Sequence record: SRR31156797_39060
Reading direction: 5' to 3' (one strand)
Length of the DNA stretch: 34,765 bases
A program made the position numbers and the translations under genes. Each line of letters begins with the position of its first letter. Position 1 is the first letter of the stretch. Under the pieces are notes generated by a model. It saw only the letters and a program-made list of their open reading frames with translations. It ran no database searches and had not been told where the DNA came from. Of the stretch, positions 9,540-18,409 are shown piece after piece.

Positions 9540-10919
9540 TTAGAAAATAAGGTGGGCAACACCCGCAATCACAGGCAGTGTGATTAATGTACGTAGAATG
9601 AAGATAACGAACAGTTCTACAAGGTTGACCGGAATACGGCTACCTAACATTAGCGCACCAACTTCAGACATATAGATAAGCTGTGTAACAGACATAGCTG
9701 CAATGACAAAGCGTGTCATTTCATTATCGATTGATGCCGCTAGAATTGCAGGAATAAACATATCCGCGAAACCGACAACGATAGTTTGTGATGCTTGAAC
9801 CGCTTCTGGAACACCTAGTAGCTCAAGGTATGGGATGAATGGTTGGCCCAGTATTGCGAATACAGACGTGTATTCAGCGATGACTAGAGCAACAGTACCT
9901 AGCCCCATAACAACCGGTAGTACACCAAACACCATATCGATGGCGTTACGAACACCTTCACCGAATACAGACTTCACAGATTTCACTTGGCTAGCTTTAG
10001 TTAGCGCTAGCTCCATGCCCCAAGAGAAACTTGTGTGGCCTTCAGGAATCGCGTCCGCGTCTTCTTTAGGCTTAGAACCATCAATGAAAGTGTTTTTCTT
10101 CAGGCTCAGCGGCGGTAAGCGAGGGATGATAATCGCCGCAACAAAACCTGCTAAACAGATAGCGCCGTAGAAAGGAAGGAACAGATGCTCTAGTTCAACC
10201 TGAGCAATAACCACCAAGCTAAATGTAATCGATACGGCTGAGAATGTCGTACCAACCACAGCGGCTTCACGCTGAGTGTAGAACTTTTCTTCGTACTGTT
10301 TGCTTGTGAGTAGGATACCAACACTACCATCACCTAACCATGAAGCGACACAGTCAATCGCACTGCGACCAGGAAGGTTGAACAAAGGACGCATGATTTT
10401 GCTCAGTAGCGCACCCATCAGTTCAAGTAGACCAAAGTTAAGTAGTAGCGGCAGCAATAGACCTGCAAAGATAAATACTGAGAACAACGTAGGTAGTAGA
10501 CCCTCTAAAACTAGGCCACCGGTGTTCTCTTCCCAAATCGCTTTAGGGCCAACTTGGAAGAACGTCATGATGACAGCAGCACCGCCAATAACGCGGACTA
10601 GTAGCCATAACCAAGAAGGGTTAAACAAGCCATTAAGGAATGCGCTATTTACGATGAACGCCGGCTTTAAAATTTTTGTAGTAAAAGAGGCTACCGACAT
10701 AAACGCAATAATAACGGTCAAAATCGCCACCAGAGAGTCACCAAACAGTGCTTGAATCGACTTGGCTAAAATTGCGACAGGGATTGTGAATGAGCCTTCG
10801 TAAGTGACTGGCGCCATAAATAGGAACACCCCGATCAGCGATGGGATCAGGAACATCCATAAGCTACCAGGAGACTTCTTATCTACTGGAGTTTCTAATG
10901 TTTGAGTGTTGTTTTGCAT
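9540..10919 (-). CDS. argW: YjiH/COG3314 family (nucleoside-recognition gate) membrane transporter, likely arginine uptake (ArgW-like)
   Basis: Polytopic; MRPLFNLPGRSAID, GFADMFIP and QLIYMSEVG family motifs; ARG boxes upstream. Confidence 0.7.
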   Translation of the reverse strand: MQNNTQTLETPVDKKSPGSLWMFLIPSLIGVFLFMAPVTYEGSFTIPVAILAKSIQALFGDSLVAILTVIIAFMSVASFTTKILKPAFIVNSAFLNGLFNPSWLWLLVRVIGGAAVIMTFFQVGPKAIWEENTGGLVLEGLLPTLFSVFIFAGLLLPLLLNFGLLELMGALLSKIMRPLFNLPGRSAIDCVASWLGDGSVGILLTSKQYEEKFYTQREAAVVGTTFSAVSITFSLVVIAQVELEHLFLPFYGAICLAGFVAAIIIPRLPPLSLKKNTFIDGSKPKEDADAIPEGHTSFSWGMELALTKASQVKSVKSVFGEGVRNAIDMVFGVLPVVMGLGTVALVIAEYTSVFAILGQPFIPYLELLGVPEAVQASQTIVVGFADMFIPAILAASIDNEMTRFVIAAMSVTQLIYMSEVGALMLGSRIPVNLVELFVIFILRTLITLPVIAGVAHLIF

Positions 10920-10960
10920 TCTTTTTCTCGTGTTACTACTAGTCAATTAACGCCATGTCC

Positions 10961-11065
10961 TTGGCATAATAATTCACTAAACATCCGTATTTACTCATGG
11001 CGCAAGAATATCTACTTTTTCCATTTCTAGCAATACTATTCATTAAAAAAGGTTAAATATTCATT
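10961..11065 (-). promoter_or_regulatory. sigma70 promoter flanked by two tandem ArgR-box pairs
   Basis: Minus-strand TTGCTA (11033-11028), 17 bp, TATTCT (11010-11005). 18-bp boxes at 10961/10982 and 11027/11048, each pair separated by 3 bp. Confidence 0.7.
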
Positions 11066-11156
11066 CCATTGCACTTTGAGAACGTAAAATCGTAGTGATT
11101 TGTTTTGCTATTGTTGCACTGGTTAATTATTTGTTGAAATAAGTTTGTGCTCTTAA

Positions 11157-11172
11157 TGTGATTTTGGGCACA
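11157..11172. promoter_or_regulatory. CRP-like site
   Basis: TGTGA-TTTTGG-GCACA (9/10 match to TGTGA-N6-TCACA). Confidence 0.55.
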
Positions 11173-11327
11173 GACTTGGACATCAAAATGTCCCTTTAAA
11201 GGATAGGGAATGGTCTAAGTGACAGATATATAAAGAAAAGCCCTCAGTTGTTCGACTAAGAGCTTATTTATAGAGGTTGACAATAGAAGCAAATATAGAA
11301 CAGCGAACCATAAAGTGCCGGTGAATA

Positions 11328-13004
11328 TTATTCGTTGTCTGACGCTGTTATCGGTGTGTTATCGAGTTGGAATAAGCTGGAACTTAAGGCTGCATCGAAC
11401 TCGCGATAGAAGTTTTCTTCGCCAATCAGTTGAATAATTCCGGCTCGGTTTAGCTTTTGTGTTACTCGAGAGTTCGCCCCAGAAATTAGCACAGTGACAT
11501 CCTTTTTGTGGAAATTTTCGATGATCTCTTCCAGCGCTTGTAATCCGGTAATGTCCATAAACGGTACCCAGCGTAGACGAATAATCAAAATTTTAGGCGT
11601 TTCTTGAATACTGGTCATAACGCGTTCAAATGTTTCAGCAGCGGCAAAGAAAAACGGCCCTTCGAGTGCATAAATAGCCAACTCTCTCGGTAAAGCGGTT
11701 TTCCCTTGACGTTGAAGGTCTTCTGATAGCTCTTTTGAATCCGGTGTTTTCACTTCTACACTGGCGGCCATACGTTTTACAAAATGCAAAATAGCGATAA
11801 TCACACCGATGTTCACTGCCACAACCAGATCAGCAAATACCGTTAAGCTGAATGTAATGATAAGAATCGCCACATCGGCTTTCGGTGCTCTTTTTACCAG
11901 CTTAATGAAATGAGGCACTTCACTCATGTTCCAAGCGACAACGAATAGAATGGCGCTCAGGGTTGCTAATGGAATATTGACGGCTAACGGGGCTAGGACT
12001 AATAAAATGATAATCAGGGTGAGTGCGTGAACGATACCCGCAATAGGACTGGTACCGCCGTTACGAATATTCGTTGCAGTGCGGGCAATAGCTCCCGTTG
12101 CCGCAATGCCACCAAAGATAGGGGCGATAATATTTGCCACACCTTGGCCAACCAGCTCTTGGTTGGAGTTGTGTTTGGTGCCTGACATCCCATCGGCAAC
12201 CACTGCAGAAAGCAGTGATTCGATTGCGCCCAGCATTGCAATTGCGAATGCTGGGCCGATCAGCTGTAAGATCTGTGAAAACGAAATATCAGGTACCGAT
12301 AGCTCAGGTAAGCCTTGTGGGATGCCACCAAATGCAGAACCAATAGTATTCACCCCTTCGAAGTTCATAAAATATTGAAGGGTTGTGACGGTTACCAGCG
12401 CAAGTAAAGGACCAGGGATTTTCGATAATTTAGGAATTTTGGGGCCACCAATGACTAAAGCCAGTGAAAGCAATGCAAGCAGTGTGGTGGTGACATGAAA
12501 CTGCGGAAAAGCGTGAACGATAGAAATCAGTTTCTGGTGAAAGTGAGCACCGGTGATTTGTGGCAGACCAAAGAAATCTTGCCATTGTCCAACCCAAATA
12601 ATGACACCAATACCGCTAGTAAAACCGACGATCACCGGATCCGGGATATAGCGAATGATGCTACCCAGTTTGGTCAAACCCAATATTAAAAGAATGACGC
12701 CTGCCATCATGGTCGCGATTTGTAAGCCACTAATCCCGTACTTAGCAACGATACCAGCCAGAATGACGATGAATGCTCCGGTTGGCCCTGCAATTTGAAC
12801 TCGCGAACCGCCAAACACAGAAACAATTAATCCGGCGATGATAGCGGTATAGATACCTTGTTCTGGTTTGACACCGGATGCGATAGCGAACGCCATAGCA
12901 AGGGGAAGAGCTACCACACCAACGATTAATCCTGCACTAATATTGTTGAGCCAATGTTTACTTTTGAGTAGTCCTGCTTTGTGAGATTCGTAAATGGCGA
13001 ACAT
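11328..13004 (-). CDS. SulP family anion transporter with STAS domain
   Basis: GVVALPLAMAFAIASG, QIAGPTGAF, IESLLSA and STAS GPFFF/DITG motifs. Confidence 0.95.
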   Translation of the reverse strand: MFAIYESHKAGLLKSKHWLNNISAGLIVGVVALPLAMAFAIASGVKPEQGIYTAIIAGLIVSVFGGSRVQIAGPTGAFIVILAGIVAKYGISGLQIATMMAGVILLILGLTKLGSIIRYIPDPVIVGFTSGIGVIIWVGQWQDFFGLPQITGAHFHQKLISIVHAFPQFHVTTTLLALLSLALVIGGPKIPKLSKIPGPLLALVTVTTLQYFMNFEGVNTIGSAFGGIPQGLPELSVPDISFSQILQLIGPAFAIAMLGAIESLLSAVVADGMSGTKHNSNQELVGQGVANIIAPIFGGIAATGAIARTATNIRNGGTSPIAGIVHALTLIIILLVLAPLAVNIPLATLSAILFVVAWNMSEVPHFIKLVKRAPKADVAILIITFSLTVFADLVVAVNIGVIIAILHFVKRMAASVEVKTPDSKELSEDLQRQGKTALPRELAIYALEGPFFFAAAETFERVMTSIQETPKILIIRLRWVPFMDITGLQALEEIIENFHKKDVTVLISGANSRVTQKLNRAGIIQLIGEENFYREFDAALSSSLFQLDNTPITASDNE

Positions 13005-13174
13005 AGCTATAGCCTTAGGAAAAGTGTGGTAATCGAACGGCGTTTGATTGTACGCCGATTTTATGTACTGTAAAGAGAAGTGAGATCTAAAGCACAACTT
13101 ATACAGTACACAACTTTTCAGTGGAGGGCTTACGTTATAGTGGCGGCCGTTAAAAACAGGCTAAAGTTGGTTCA

Positions 13175-13795
13175 ATGAAAAAGCGTCTTCTTCCTATCCC
13201 TTTAATTTTGCTTACACCTATCGTTTTACTCATCGTTGTTGTTGCCGCAGGTGCCTACCGCTTCTCTCTGTCTGATGAAGAAATAATGGCGAAGTTTCCC
13301 AAGTCTAATGTCCAAATCGATACCATCGCGCAACAAGTGTTTGGGTTAAGGTTAACCAACCCGATTACCGTTCCTGTTCCTGAAACGCATAGTGTGGCCT
13401 TTATGGAACGCTGGGATGAAACACAACGATGGCTCCTGGGTGAATATGACACGGGAAGTGACCGAGGCACTGTAGCATTCGATACGGAACGTTTTCTGAC
13501 ATTAGACACCGACAAGCATGTGTATGCGTCGATTGTCACGATATCCAATCAGGGCAGTGGTGTGTTTCATTACTTGGCATTGTTTAAATTTGATGAGTTA
13601 CGTTCGCGAATGGTCATGGTGCAAAGTGAGTTGCTCGGCGATCGAGTTCAGGTGCAATCGCTTGAGAAAATGAATGATAAAATCGAAGCGGTGTGGTTAA
13701 CCCACACAAAAAATCAGCCTTTTAGTGAGTCACCAACCCAATCTGTGTCTATACTGTTTTCCATAACAGAGAAATATCAACTAGTTCGAGACTAG
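13175..13795 (+). CDS. Hypothetical membrane-anchored protein
   Basis: 206-aa ORF with N-terminal TM segment and GSGVFHYL...LLGDRV motif. Confidence 0.8.
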   Translation: MKKRLLPIPLILLTPIVLLIVVVAAGAYRFSLSDEEIMAKFPKSNVQIDTIAQQVFGLRLTNPITVPVPETHSVAFMERWDETQRWLLGEYDTGSDRGTVAFDTERFLTLDTDKHVYASIVTISNQGSGVFHYLALFKFDELRSRMVMVQSELLGDRVQVQSLEKMNDKIEAVWLTHTKNQPFSESPTQSVSILFSITEKYQLVRD

Positions 13796-13920
13796 CACAG
13801 GTATGTTTCATTAGGGAGTTTAGAAACAGCGAATAATCAGTGCTAACCAGTTGTAACTTTGCGATAGAGTTTCTATGATTTGCATAGCCGGATGATTTTT
13901 GACCAAAAATGGAGTTTGCC

Positions 13921-14220
13921 ATGATAAATAAGCGTTTCTTTAAGACAAAGGATGAGGTTGAAGTGACATTTGAGTTAGAGGCTCCAGAAGTCGCATCGAA
14001 TGTTGCAATTGTTGCGGACTTTCTTGATTGGCAGCCGCAGCCAATGAAAAAAGTGGCTAAGTCGAGCACTTTTAAATTTAAAACTCGTTTGCCTAAAGAT
14101 TCCAATTACCAGTTCCGTTACCTTTTAGATGAGAGCCAGTGGGTGAATGACCCGCACGCTGATCAATACATTCCGAACGGTTTCGGGGAAGATAACTGCA
14201 TGGTTTCAACTCACCAATAA
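13921..14220 (+). CDS. Isoamylase early-set (CBM48-like) domain protein
   Basis: VADFLDW, YQFRYLLD and WVNDPHAD motifs; GGAG RBS before ATG 13921. Confidence 0.88.
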   Translation: MINKRFFKTKDEVEVTFELEAPEVASNVAIVADFLDWQPQPMKKVAKSSTFKFKTRLPKDSNYQFRYLLDESQWVNDPHADQYIPNGFGEDNCMVSTHQ

Positions 14221-14247
14221 GTTATTCACCAAAAAAATGATTGAAGC

Positions 14248-14269
14248 AAAGGCACTTAGGTGCCTTTTT
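14248..14269 (+). terminator. Intrinsic terminator
   Basis: AAAGGCAC-ttag-GTGCCTTTTT. Confidence 0.7.
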
Positions 14270-14355
14270 ACGTTTCTTTACCTGCTAGATAATGACAATT
14301 TGCTTAGAAAGCCTTAACCTGTGGCTCTTTTTTTGCAATATTTACAGGTAAGGTT

Positions 14356-15669
14356 GTGCTTTTGAAATCTGTTGTTTCACGATTCTCAGGGCTTTCTAAG
14401 CGTAAGAAAGTGCTGGTAATGGGGCTTCCCATTGTTGCTATGACAGCCATTTTTTCTTCGACGCAATCACATTCCAAACAGCATTCAATCGCATTGTCAC
14501 TGCCGGAAGCAGAAGTGACGCAAGCGCAATTCAGCGAACCAAAACTGACCGATGTATCTCATCCGGATTATGAATATGTGATTCAGTCAGGTGACAACCT
14601 CAGTTCTATTTTTAATCAACTTGGCTTTCCCTATCGCGAGTTAATGAAAGTGATGGAGACCGATTTAAACTATCTAGCATTAGATACGTTAAGGCCGGGA
14701 GATACCCTTCGTTTTTGGACGGGTTCAAGCAAAAACGTGTTAGCGAAAATGGAGCTGGAGTTTAGTCTGGTCGAGCGTGCTGTCTATTCCCGCTTGGACG
14801 ATGGTAGCTTTGAATATAATGATGTGGTGTTACCAAGCCGTTGGAAAGAGTTAGCGCTGGTGGGTGAGATTCACGGCAGTTTTTCTCAGTCAGCCAACAA
14901 GATGGGGCTAGGTAGTGCGGAGATCGACCAGATCGTTTCGTTGCTCAAAGACAAGGTAAATTTTGTCCGTGATTTGCATGCAGGTGATCGATTCGAGGTG
15001 GTTCAGTCACGTCAATATGTAAATGAACGTTTAACGGGTAACCGTGAAATTCAGGCCATCAAAATTTACAGTCGTGATAATGAAATTTCGGCTTATCTTT
15101 ATAAAGATGGTCAGTATTACGATAAAGAAGGTAACAGCCTGCAACGTGCGTTTCAGCGTTATCCCACTACTTCGGGCTGGCGCTTATCCTCCGGCTTTGA
15201 CCCTAAACGACTTCATCCTGTAACAGGACGTGTTGCGCCTCATAATGGCACTGACTTCGCCACTCCGGTTGGTACATCGGTTGTCTCAACGGGGGACGGG
15301 GTTGTAGTGATGACTCGAAGTCATCCTTATGCGGGAAATTACGTAGTGATTAAACACGACAACACCTACAACACGCGCTATTTGCATCTGAGTAAGATAC
15401 TGGTGCGCAAAGGTCAGAAGGTGAGTCGTGGTCAACGTATTGGCTTGTCGGGCAAATCTGGCCGGGTTACAGGCCCGCATTTGCATTATGAGTTGATCAA
15501 GCGCGGTCGTCCTGTCAATGCGATGACAGCTAACATTCCGATGGCTACTTCAGTACCGAAAAAGGAAATGTCGTTGTTTGCCGCCAGACGAGACGAACTC
15601 GACGAGATGCTTAATGAGCAGCAGAGCATGTTGGCTTCGAACAGCCAGCAAGTTTCTCCGGAAAGTTGA
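14356..15669 (+). CDS. shyA: M23 peptidoglycan D,D-endopeptidase with LysM-like domain (ShyA/MepM-like)
   Basis: YVIQSGDNLS domain, HNGTD (HxxxD) and GPHLHYE (HxH) motifs. Name from recalled synteny with VCA0079. Confidence 0.8.
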   Translation: MLLKSVVSRFSGLSKRKKVLVMGLPIVAMTAIFSSTQSHSKQHSIALSLPEAEVTQAQFSEPKLTDVSHPDYEYVIQSGDNLSSIFNQLGFPYRELMKVMETDLNYLALDTLRPGDTLRFWTGSSKNVLAKMELEFSLVERAVYSRLDDGSFEYNDVVLPSRWKELALVGEIHGSFSQSANKMGLGSAEIDQIVSLLKDKVNFVRDLHAGDRFEVVQSRQYVNERLTGNREIQAIKIYSRDNEISAYLYKDGQYYDKEGNSLQRAFQRYPTTSGWRLSSGFDPKRLHPVTGRVAPHNGTDFATPVGTSVVSTGDGVVVMTRSHPYAGNYVVIKHDNTYNTRYLHLSKILVRKGQKVSRGQRIGLSGKSGRVTGPHLHYELIKRGRPVNAMTANIPMATSVPKKEMSLFAARRDELDEMLNEQQSMLASNSQQVSPES

Positions 15670-15680
15670 GTTGTTTAATC

Positions 15681-15707
15681 AAGCCCTGCCGAGTTGCGGG
15701 GCTTTTT
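15681..15707 (+). terminator. Intrinsic terminator
   Basis: AAGCCCTGC-cgagtt-GCGGGGCTTTTT. Confidence 0.8.
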
Positions 15708-15780
15708 ATTGCTGGTTAACCTTGGAATCATCGGCGTTACGTATATAATCCGCAGCAGATACATATTTGGAGATTCCTTG

Positions 15781-16131
15781 ATGCAACAAAATGAATTCGA
15801 AGCTTTAGTAAAAAGCTTGTGTGAGAAAGAAAACCTTCCTCAAGCACTAGAACAACTAAAAGCGAGTGAATATGAAGAAGTTTCTCAGGTCGCTGAGTCA
15901 TTAACGGGTCAATTTGTATTAGCTGAAGTAGAAGGTGAGAAGCGTATTTATCACGCAACTGTACAACTGAACGACCAAGGTGAAGAGCAAGAGTTTGTTG
16001 AGCATGTGATGAATGAAGGGGATGATGTCATCAAGTTTGTTGCATGGTTCTTTGACGCCAACTTTGATGTTAAGCCGAAGGATACTTATCAAGCTGCGGG
16101 AAAAACCTATAAGCAACCGAAACGAAGCTGA
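15781..16131 (+). CDS. Hypothetical acidic cytoplasmic protein (116 aa)
   Basis: GGAG RBS before ATG 15781; the longer ORF start at 15694 lies inside the upstream terminator. Confidence 0.8.
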   Translation: MQQNEFEALVKSLCEKENLPQALEQLKASEYEEVSQVAESLTGQFVLAEVEGEKRIYHATVQLNDQGEEQEFVEHVMNEGDDVIKFVAWFFDANFDVKPKDTYQAAGKTYKQPKRS

Positions 16132-16173
16132 GTTCCAAAATAGTGTGATCCAAGTCTTGTTATTGCTATTTTT

Positions 16174-16189
16174 TGTGATATAGTTCACG
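16174..16189. promoter_or_regulatory. CRP-like site overlapping a possible extended -10 (TGnTATAGT)
   Basis: TGTGA-TATAGT-TCACG. Confidence 0.55.
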
Positions 16190-16229
16190 TAAATTTAGTG
16201 GCAAACAACAAGAATAACGGAGACACACT

Positions 16230-16370
16230 ATGGATTATCAAATTTGCGCATTGTACATGCTTAGAGGCGAAGCGATTGCAAAGCAATTGATGGATGAGCA
16301 GTTCAACGGTAAAGTGAAAGCGAAAAAACCGTCACGTATCAAAGCATTGTTTAAAAAAATCAGCAAATAA
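16230..16370 (+). CDS. Small protein, 46 aa (not in ORF track)
   Basis: GGAG RBS 7 nt upstream; MDYQICALYMLRGEAIAKQLMDEQFNGKVKAKKPSRIKALFKKISK; terminator follows. Confidence 0.75.
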   Translation: MDYQICALYMLRGEAIAKQLMDEQFNGKVKAKKPSRIKALFKKISK

Positions 16371-16389
16371 CTGGTTTTGTTAGAGAATC

Positions 16390-16427
16390 AAAAAAGCCCC
16401 GAAGCTGTTGTCAGTTTCGGGGCTTTT
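16390..16427. terminator. Bidirectional intrinsic terminator
   Basis: AAAAAA-GCCCCGAAGCTG-ttgt-CAGTTTCGGGGC-TTTT. Confidence 0.88.
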
Positions 16428-16446
16428 GCTATTTACAACCGTATGT

Positions 16447-17067
16447 TTACTTAACTTGTGCTTCTTTTTCTAATGGATGCACATTGTTTGGAATACTCAG
16501 CCTATCTTGTGTTGATAACCATTTTTCCAGCTCGTTACAGCCACCAATGTACTGACCATCCATCCAGATTTGAGGCACTGTCACAGGCGTTTTTTCACCG
16601 ATAATTGCTTTGACTTCTGGGATCATTCGGTACAAAGCCGCACTCTCTTTCACCACGTCGTGATATTGATACTCAATGCCTGCATCCTGTAAAAGTTTTT
16701 TCGCTTTAACACAATATGGACATGTTGCCTTGCCATAAACAATGTTACCGCTCAAAGAGTCACGTTTCGTCCATTCCTGAATGACAGCTTTAATAAGCGC
16801 GCCTCTGTTCAGAGCTTCTCCCTGAGAAACAACTTTACCCTCGACAAGAACGATAGGAGCGTGCCATGCGCCACGGAGTAATGGCTCCCACCAGTAAGAT
16901 AACCAGCCTTTTACTTCCAGCTCGACAGGGACGCCTTCTAGTTCATTATTGAAGGTGTCTTCTAGAATATCTTTGGTTAGCGTGCACTCCCCACAGGGGA
17001 TGTTAACTTTAAAGGGACCAAATTTTCCGGCCCAACGATATAAAGTGACACGAATCGGTTTAGTCAT
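16447..17067 (-). CDS. Two-domain glutaredoxin family protein
   Basis: N-terminal CGEC thioredoxin-like domain; C-terminal CPYC, TVPQI and YIGG glutaredoxin motifs. Confidence 0.88.
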   Translation of the reverse strand: MTKPIRVTLYRWAGKFGPFKVNIPCGECTLTKDILEDTFNNELEGVPVELEVKGWLSYWWEPLLRGAWHAPIVLVEGKVVSQGEALNRGALIKAVIQEWTKRDSLSGNIVYGKATCPYCVKAKKLLQDAGIEYQYHDVVKESAALYRMIPEVKAIIGEKTPVTVPQIWMDGQYIGGCNELEKWLSTQDRLSIPNNVHPLEKEAQVK

Positions 17068-17119
17068 AGTTACCTTTGTACTGAAATCTATTCTTGTTGA
17101 TTAATAGATAAGAACGGAC

Positions 17120-18016
17120 TTAAGCCGTTTTTATTTCAGAACTGAATTTTTTTGATTCCCATTGGGTGATAAACGCCACGGACAACACGATGATAGCCGC
17201 GCCTAGCCATAAACGTCCGGGTGGCGCCCAACCAAACACGACCCAGCCGGCCAGGACGTTCAGTGGCAACTTTGCATGATCAAAAGGTTGTACGAAAGAC
17301 GCATCCGCTATCGAATACGCTTTGACAATAGACCACTGAGCGAGTGCTGTCATAGCACCAGCGGCGATGAGTAATAGCCACAATGTGCCTCCAACCGGAG
17401 TTTGCCAGTCTGGTACAGCGAGCAATAGGTTAAATGGAGTAATAAGCAGGAGTAAATACACAACCATAGTGGAAGGGCTATCGACAGAAGAGAGACGCTT
17501 AACCATCAATGAGTAACAGGCCCAGAAAAAGGCGGCACCGACGGGAAGTAGTGTTGCCCAACTGAAGTCTTCAGACCAAGGCTCTAAAATGATCATCGCA
17601 CCGATAAAGCCAGTGAGCGTCGCTCCCCACCGTGCTTTTCCGACGTTCTCTTTGAGGAATAACCCAGAGCCGACGGTGGCAAACAGTGGTGAGGTCATTA
17701 GTAATGCAATGCCTTGCCAAATCGGCACTGGATACGCCAGTGCCCATAACCACAGTTGAATACCAATCACCGCCAGGAAAACACGAAATACATGCCAGCC
17801 AAAATACTGAGTGCTTAACGACCGACGTATGCCCAGAGTTTTGAGATAAGGCATGATCACCACAATGGCGATGGCGTATTGGATCAGTGCGACGGTGGTC
17901 GAGTTGAGGCCAAAACGAATAGTGGCAATTTGGGTAACACTGTTAACAACGGCAAAAGCAAGACCTGCTGTTAACATCCAAAATGCACCTTGAATAGGTT
18001 GGTGTTTTCCACTCAT
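17120..18016 (-). CDS. ribN: DMT/EamA family transporter, RibN-like riboflavin transporter
   Basis: About 10 TM segments; ADASFVQPFDHAKLPLNV motif; adjacent glutaredoxin as recalled for V. cholerae ribN. Confidence 0.7.
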   Translation of the reverse strand: MSGKHQPIQGAFWMLTAGLAFAVVNSVTQIATIRFGLNSTTVALIQYAIAIVVIMPYLKTLGIRRSLSTQYFGWHVFRVFLAVIGIQLWLWALAYPVPIWQGIALLMTSPLFATVGSGLFLKENVGKARWGATLTGFIGAMIILEPWSEDFSWATLLPVGAAFFWACYSLMVKRLSSVDSPSTMVVYLLLLITPFNLLLAVPDWQTPVGGTLWLLLIAAGAMTALAQWSIVKAYSIADASFVQPFDHAKLPLNVLAGWVVFGWAPPGRLWLGAAIIVLSVAFITQWESKKFSSEIKTA

Positions 18017-18154
18017 ATTGATACTTAGATAAGAAAATAGTTGCGTTAAATAATACGTGCTTATTGAGTGGAAACCAATTGCGAATAGTTGTTTAAATCA
18101 TTCAATAGTTTCGACGACTAAAATGATGTTGGAGCGGACAAGTGAAATTGAGGC

Positions 18155-18253
18155 AAAAAAAAAGACCTTCATAAAGAAGGTCGAAGAACATGAAGTGACC
18201 AGTGATTTCTGCCTTATCACTGAAAAGAAGCACAAACGCTGCCTGCATTTGTA
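18155..18253 (-). ncRNA. Candidate sigma54-dependent small RNA (~99 nt)
   Basis: Starts ~12 nt after a -24/-12 promoter; two hairpins plus terminator GACCTTC-tttat-GAAGGTC-T9; no credible RBS and ORF inside. Confidence 0.7.
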
Positions 18254-18263
18254 CTTAATATAT

Positions 18264-18381
18264 TGCAGCAAGTGTGCCAACTTTTAATATTGTTACATTT
18301 CAATATGTTAAGATGTTTTTGTGTTTTCTTGCACTTGAATTACGTGCATCTTATTGGAGCATCACGCTGTGATCTGGTGCA
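18264..18381 (-). promoter_or_regulatory. sigma54 promoter with IHF site and two NtrC-like enhancer sites
   Basis: TTGGCACACTTGCTGCA (18280-18264); TTTCAATATGTTA (18298-18310); TGCATCTTATTGGAGCA (18345-18361); CGCTGTGATCTGGTGCA (18365-18381). Confidence 0.75.
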
Positions 18382-18409
18382 AAAAAATAGGCCAGATAGA
18401 AATCTGGCC
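18381..18409 (-). terminator. Intrinsic terminator ~180 nt downstream of ohr
   Basis: Minus strand GGCCAGAT-ttct-ATCTGGCC-TATTTTTTT. Confidence 0.85.

Noticed and set aside
11178-11193. Inverted repeat GGACAT-caaa-ATGTCC
   Set aside because: Short and single-copy with no assignable regulator; plausible by chance.
18155-18253. Additional Qrr or CsrB-type RNA
   Set aside because: The core promoter resembles that of qrr (AAAGTTGGCAC..CTGCA), but the Qrr core, LuxO TTGCA-W3-TGCAA sites and GGA repeats are absent.
18017-18300. FMN riboswitch upstream of the ribN-like gene
   Set aside because: None of the conserved RFN motifs are visible.
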